In this document: in pieces, positions 61,515-64,000 of the stretch
How positions within the stretch are numbered: position 1 is the stretch's first letter
Layout: every line of letters begins with the position of its first letter
NCBI RefSeq assembly: GCF_963921235.1
Contig: NC_086097.1
Coordinates: forward strand, 141,672,001-141,736,000
Direction: 5' to 3'
Source: Mobula hypostoma
Taxonomy: Eukaryota
DNA length: 64,000 nt
Position numbers and translations under genes: made by a program
The notes under the pieces: generated by a model
What the model was told of the DNA's origin: nothing
The model's database searches: none
Seen by the model: the letters and a program-made list of their open reading frames with translations, nothing else

Positions 61515-64000
61515 GTGAGTGCATCTTGTGTGTATATTTCGTATTTGTAAAATGAAATTATATAAATGAATGTCTTAATGAAAGGTCGATTACCCATGTT
61601 AAAATCTAAAGGTTTATCGATTGAATTATTCCCCACTTTTTATTGATGTGAAATCTAAGGTTTTTGTGTTGTTTTGTGTATAAATACTTTGCATCCAACT
61701 GTGACAGTTTCTTTGCCTCGCCTCCAAAAGAGATTCTGCAGGACTTTGGCTTGTTGTTTTAATATTCATGGTATGTTATTTAAATAATTATTTATGCGTT
61801 CAGATGGGGAACCAGATTTACATTTTTTCTTGATTCATTTGAATTAAGATTTGAAGTGTTGGAATTTGATCTGGAGTTTAGCTTCGCTGCTATTGAATTG
61901 AATGAGGAAGGGGTACAGTAGTTTTGAATGTTAAGTAATGAAATTTATGACTTAGTTGGAGGTATGAAGAAATTGGCTTAATTGAGATTTGATGGAGAAC
62001 AGTTTCCAAACAGAAAAGACATCACAGGGTATTGGAGAATGGAAAATAGTTATTCAATGGAGGATCAGCCTAATTGTATTAAATGGTGGAACAGGCTTGA
62101 AATTTTATAAGGTCGGCTGTACTCTTATTTTTCCATTTTTCTATGATTTGTTTCGCCACTATTGAAATTTGTGAATTTGAATCACGTTCTGGGTTTGAGT
62201 AATCTTCCAGGTAAGTTTTCCAATGTAGCACATGGAGAAAGATGCTTTCTGCAACATGTGTAAAAGTTAAATTGCACTTCTTCAGATGGTTGCAGAAAAT
62301 TGCAAGGTGCTTTGTAGAAAAGCTCAAGGCTTCTCCCAGCTTCCTCAGACTTCCTAAGATTTGTCCCTTAATGAACATCTCAAAATTTGTAGTTGATGTA
62401 ATTTTTTTAAAGCCATGTTTCCTCACGTTTTAACATTTTTCCTCCCATATTAAAAAGGTAATTAGTTTGGATTTGAAAAGTCCTTGAGTTACGCCAAGTA
62501 CTGTTTTAAAAGCATTGTGAAGTTCCTGGATATACTCAGCAAGGTAACAACCTGAGTGGAGATGGCAATTTCTTATTGCTAATAGTGATTGTCAAGAATT
62601 ATTAAACTCTTTCTTCATCACTACATAAATGTTAATTTCCTTTTTTAATGTGTTCAGTTTTTATTGGTTTTGCTATTTATCTTCAGAGTCATGTTGAAAA
62701 TTGTAAATATATGCAAAAGAAAATTGTAAAAAAAAATTCTTGAACTCTGGTCCATGTTACACACTTCTTTTCAATGAGCAGGTTCATATGTATTTAATAC
62801 GGAGTAATCTTTCCGCAGCCCATATTCCAGATGACAGCTTTAATGGAAGTTAAAACCCGAGAGGCAAAAGAAAAACTTAATAAAAAAAAAAAGAAATCAG
62901 TGCAAATGTGGCTGAAAAATTATGCAAACTAATTAGGTTGATGTCATTTATAGAGGTATACCAGTGAAAACTAGGACATTATGTTAATTGTGTGCATTCC
63001 ATCTTAGTGCTGGAAGCGTGGCAAGAGTTGCAGGCTGCCCCCAGCACATCTTCAAACTGTGATTGTTGATGCAAATGCACATTTCACTGTATGTTTCCAT
63101 GTGCATGTGACAAATAAATCTAATCTTTAAGCATTTTGGACCTAGCAGGAGCACACTTGGAATATTGGGTGTAGTTCTGGTCGCTTTGATGCACAGAATA
63201 GATGCTCAATTTTGTTATTAAAATTAAGAGTTTGCAGGAATGACCAATGAATTTTGTTCCTTTTAAAAAAAAAGAAAGGACAAGGCTTCAAAATTGGGGA
63301 TGGGTCAGAAATTTATTTGAGAGACTAGAGACAGCTGGCTGTAGTGGTGGGCAAGTCTAGACTAATAGGATATAAATATATGTAAGTCATGAATGAGAAC
63401 ATAAGAACAGCAGTATTGAGGAACGTTTTGCATTTTTGGATGCCTAAGAAGGGTATTTGACTAGGAGGAAAAGCAAGAACTGACAATTAGAGTTGAGGTT
63501 CTTGTGCTAGCTTGAGGTTTTTTGTAATTCATAGAATTATTTCAGTAAGATTGGAGGGCAGCAAATATTACCCATTGAATAAAGAGGAAGGAGAGACAAT
63601 GGGTACTGGTGACCTGCTAGTCAATAGTGGAAAATGTGCTAGATTCAGTTGAGAATCATAAGTAATAATAGAACACCTTTAAAAAGGAATAGCGTTGTGT
63701 AGAATCAACATGAACTTGTGAAAGGAAAACATTTGACTAATTTATTGAAATTTTAAGAGCATGTTGCAAGTAAAATGAGGGACAAATGGATCTGGTATAT
63801 TTGGATTTTCAGCCAGGCTGGTTGAAAGAGATTGATTAAAAAGGCAATAATGTACAATAATGAACAGAATCAGGAATAATCCACTGATATAGACTCAAAA
63901 TTAGTTATTGGATAGAAAGGTAATCTTTTTCCTTTTCAAGGTAAGTGGGGTTCTGTCAAAGACCCTGATCTAGAGCTACACACACACTGGTTCTTTGCGG

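Overview
Eukaryotic (vertebrate) genomic DNA. The repeat landscape (CR1, V-SINE/HE1-like SINEs, Rex1/Babar, abundant Penelope) suggests a cartilaginous fish; this is inference. Most of the window is transposon-filled intron and 5' flank of one minus-strand gene, a thioredoxin + NDP-kinase-domain gene of the NME8/NME9 (TXNDC3/TXNDC6) family. Seven coding exons (40093 down to 1269) splice GT-AG in frame into 178 aa with an intact WCGPC motif, and the gene runs off the left edge. A CpG-rich patch at about 51.1-51.4 kb may be its promoter. A ZNF143-motif promoter at about 61.1 kb appears to start an unidentified plus-strand gene. Mobile elements include Tc1, hAT, Tigger, L1, CR1, Rex1/Babar, RTE, BEL/Pao, a solo LTR, a deleted tRNA-Pro-primed endogenous retrovirus and Penelope-like elements (PLEs). 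The most striking signal is a short PLE-derived module present in about 15 places that carries a minimal type I hammerhead ribozyme (CUGAnGA-A-GGGU-CUCR-GCCC-GAAAC-GUC). It inserts with its own TSDs, forms palindromes, and at 59.7-60.6 kb has copied about 300 bp of flanking DNA in inverted orientation. All calls are by-eye recognition; no database searches were run, and TE boundaries without a stated TSD/TIR are approximate.
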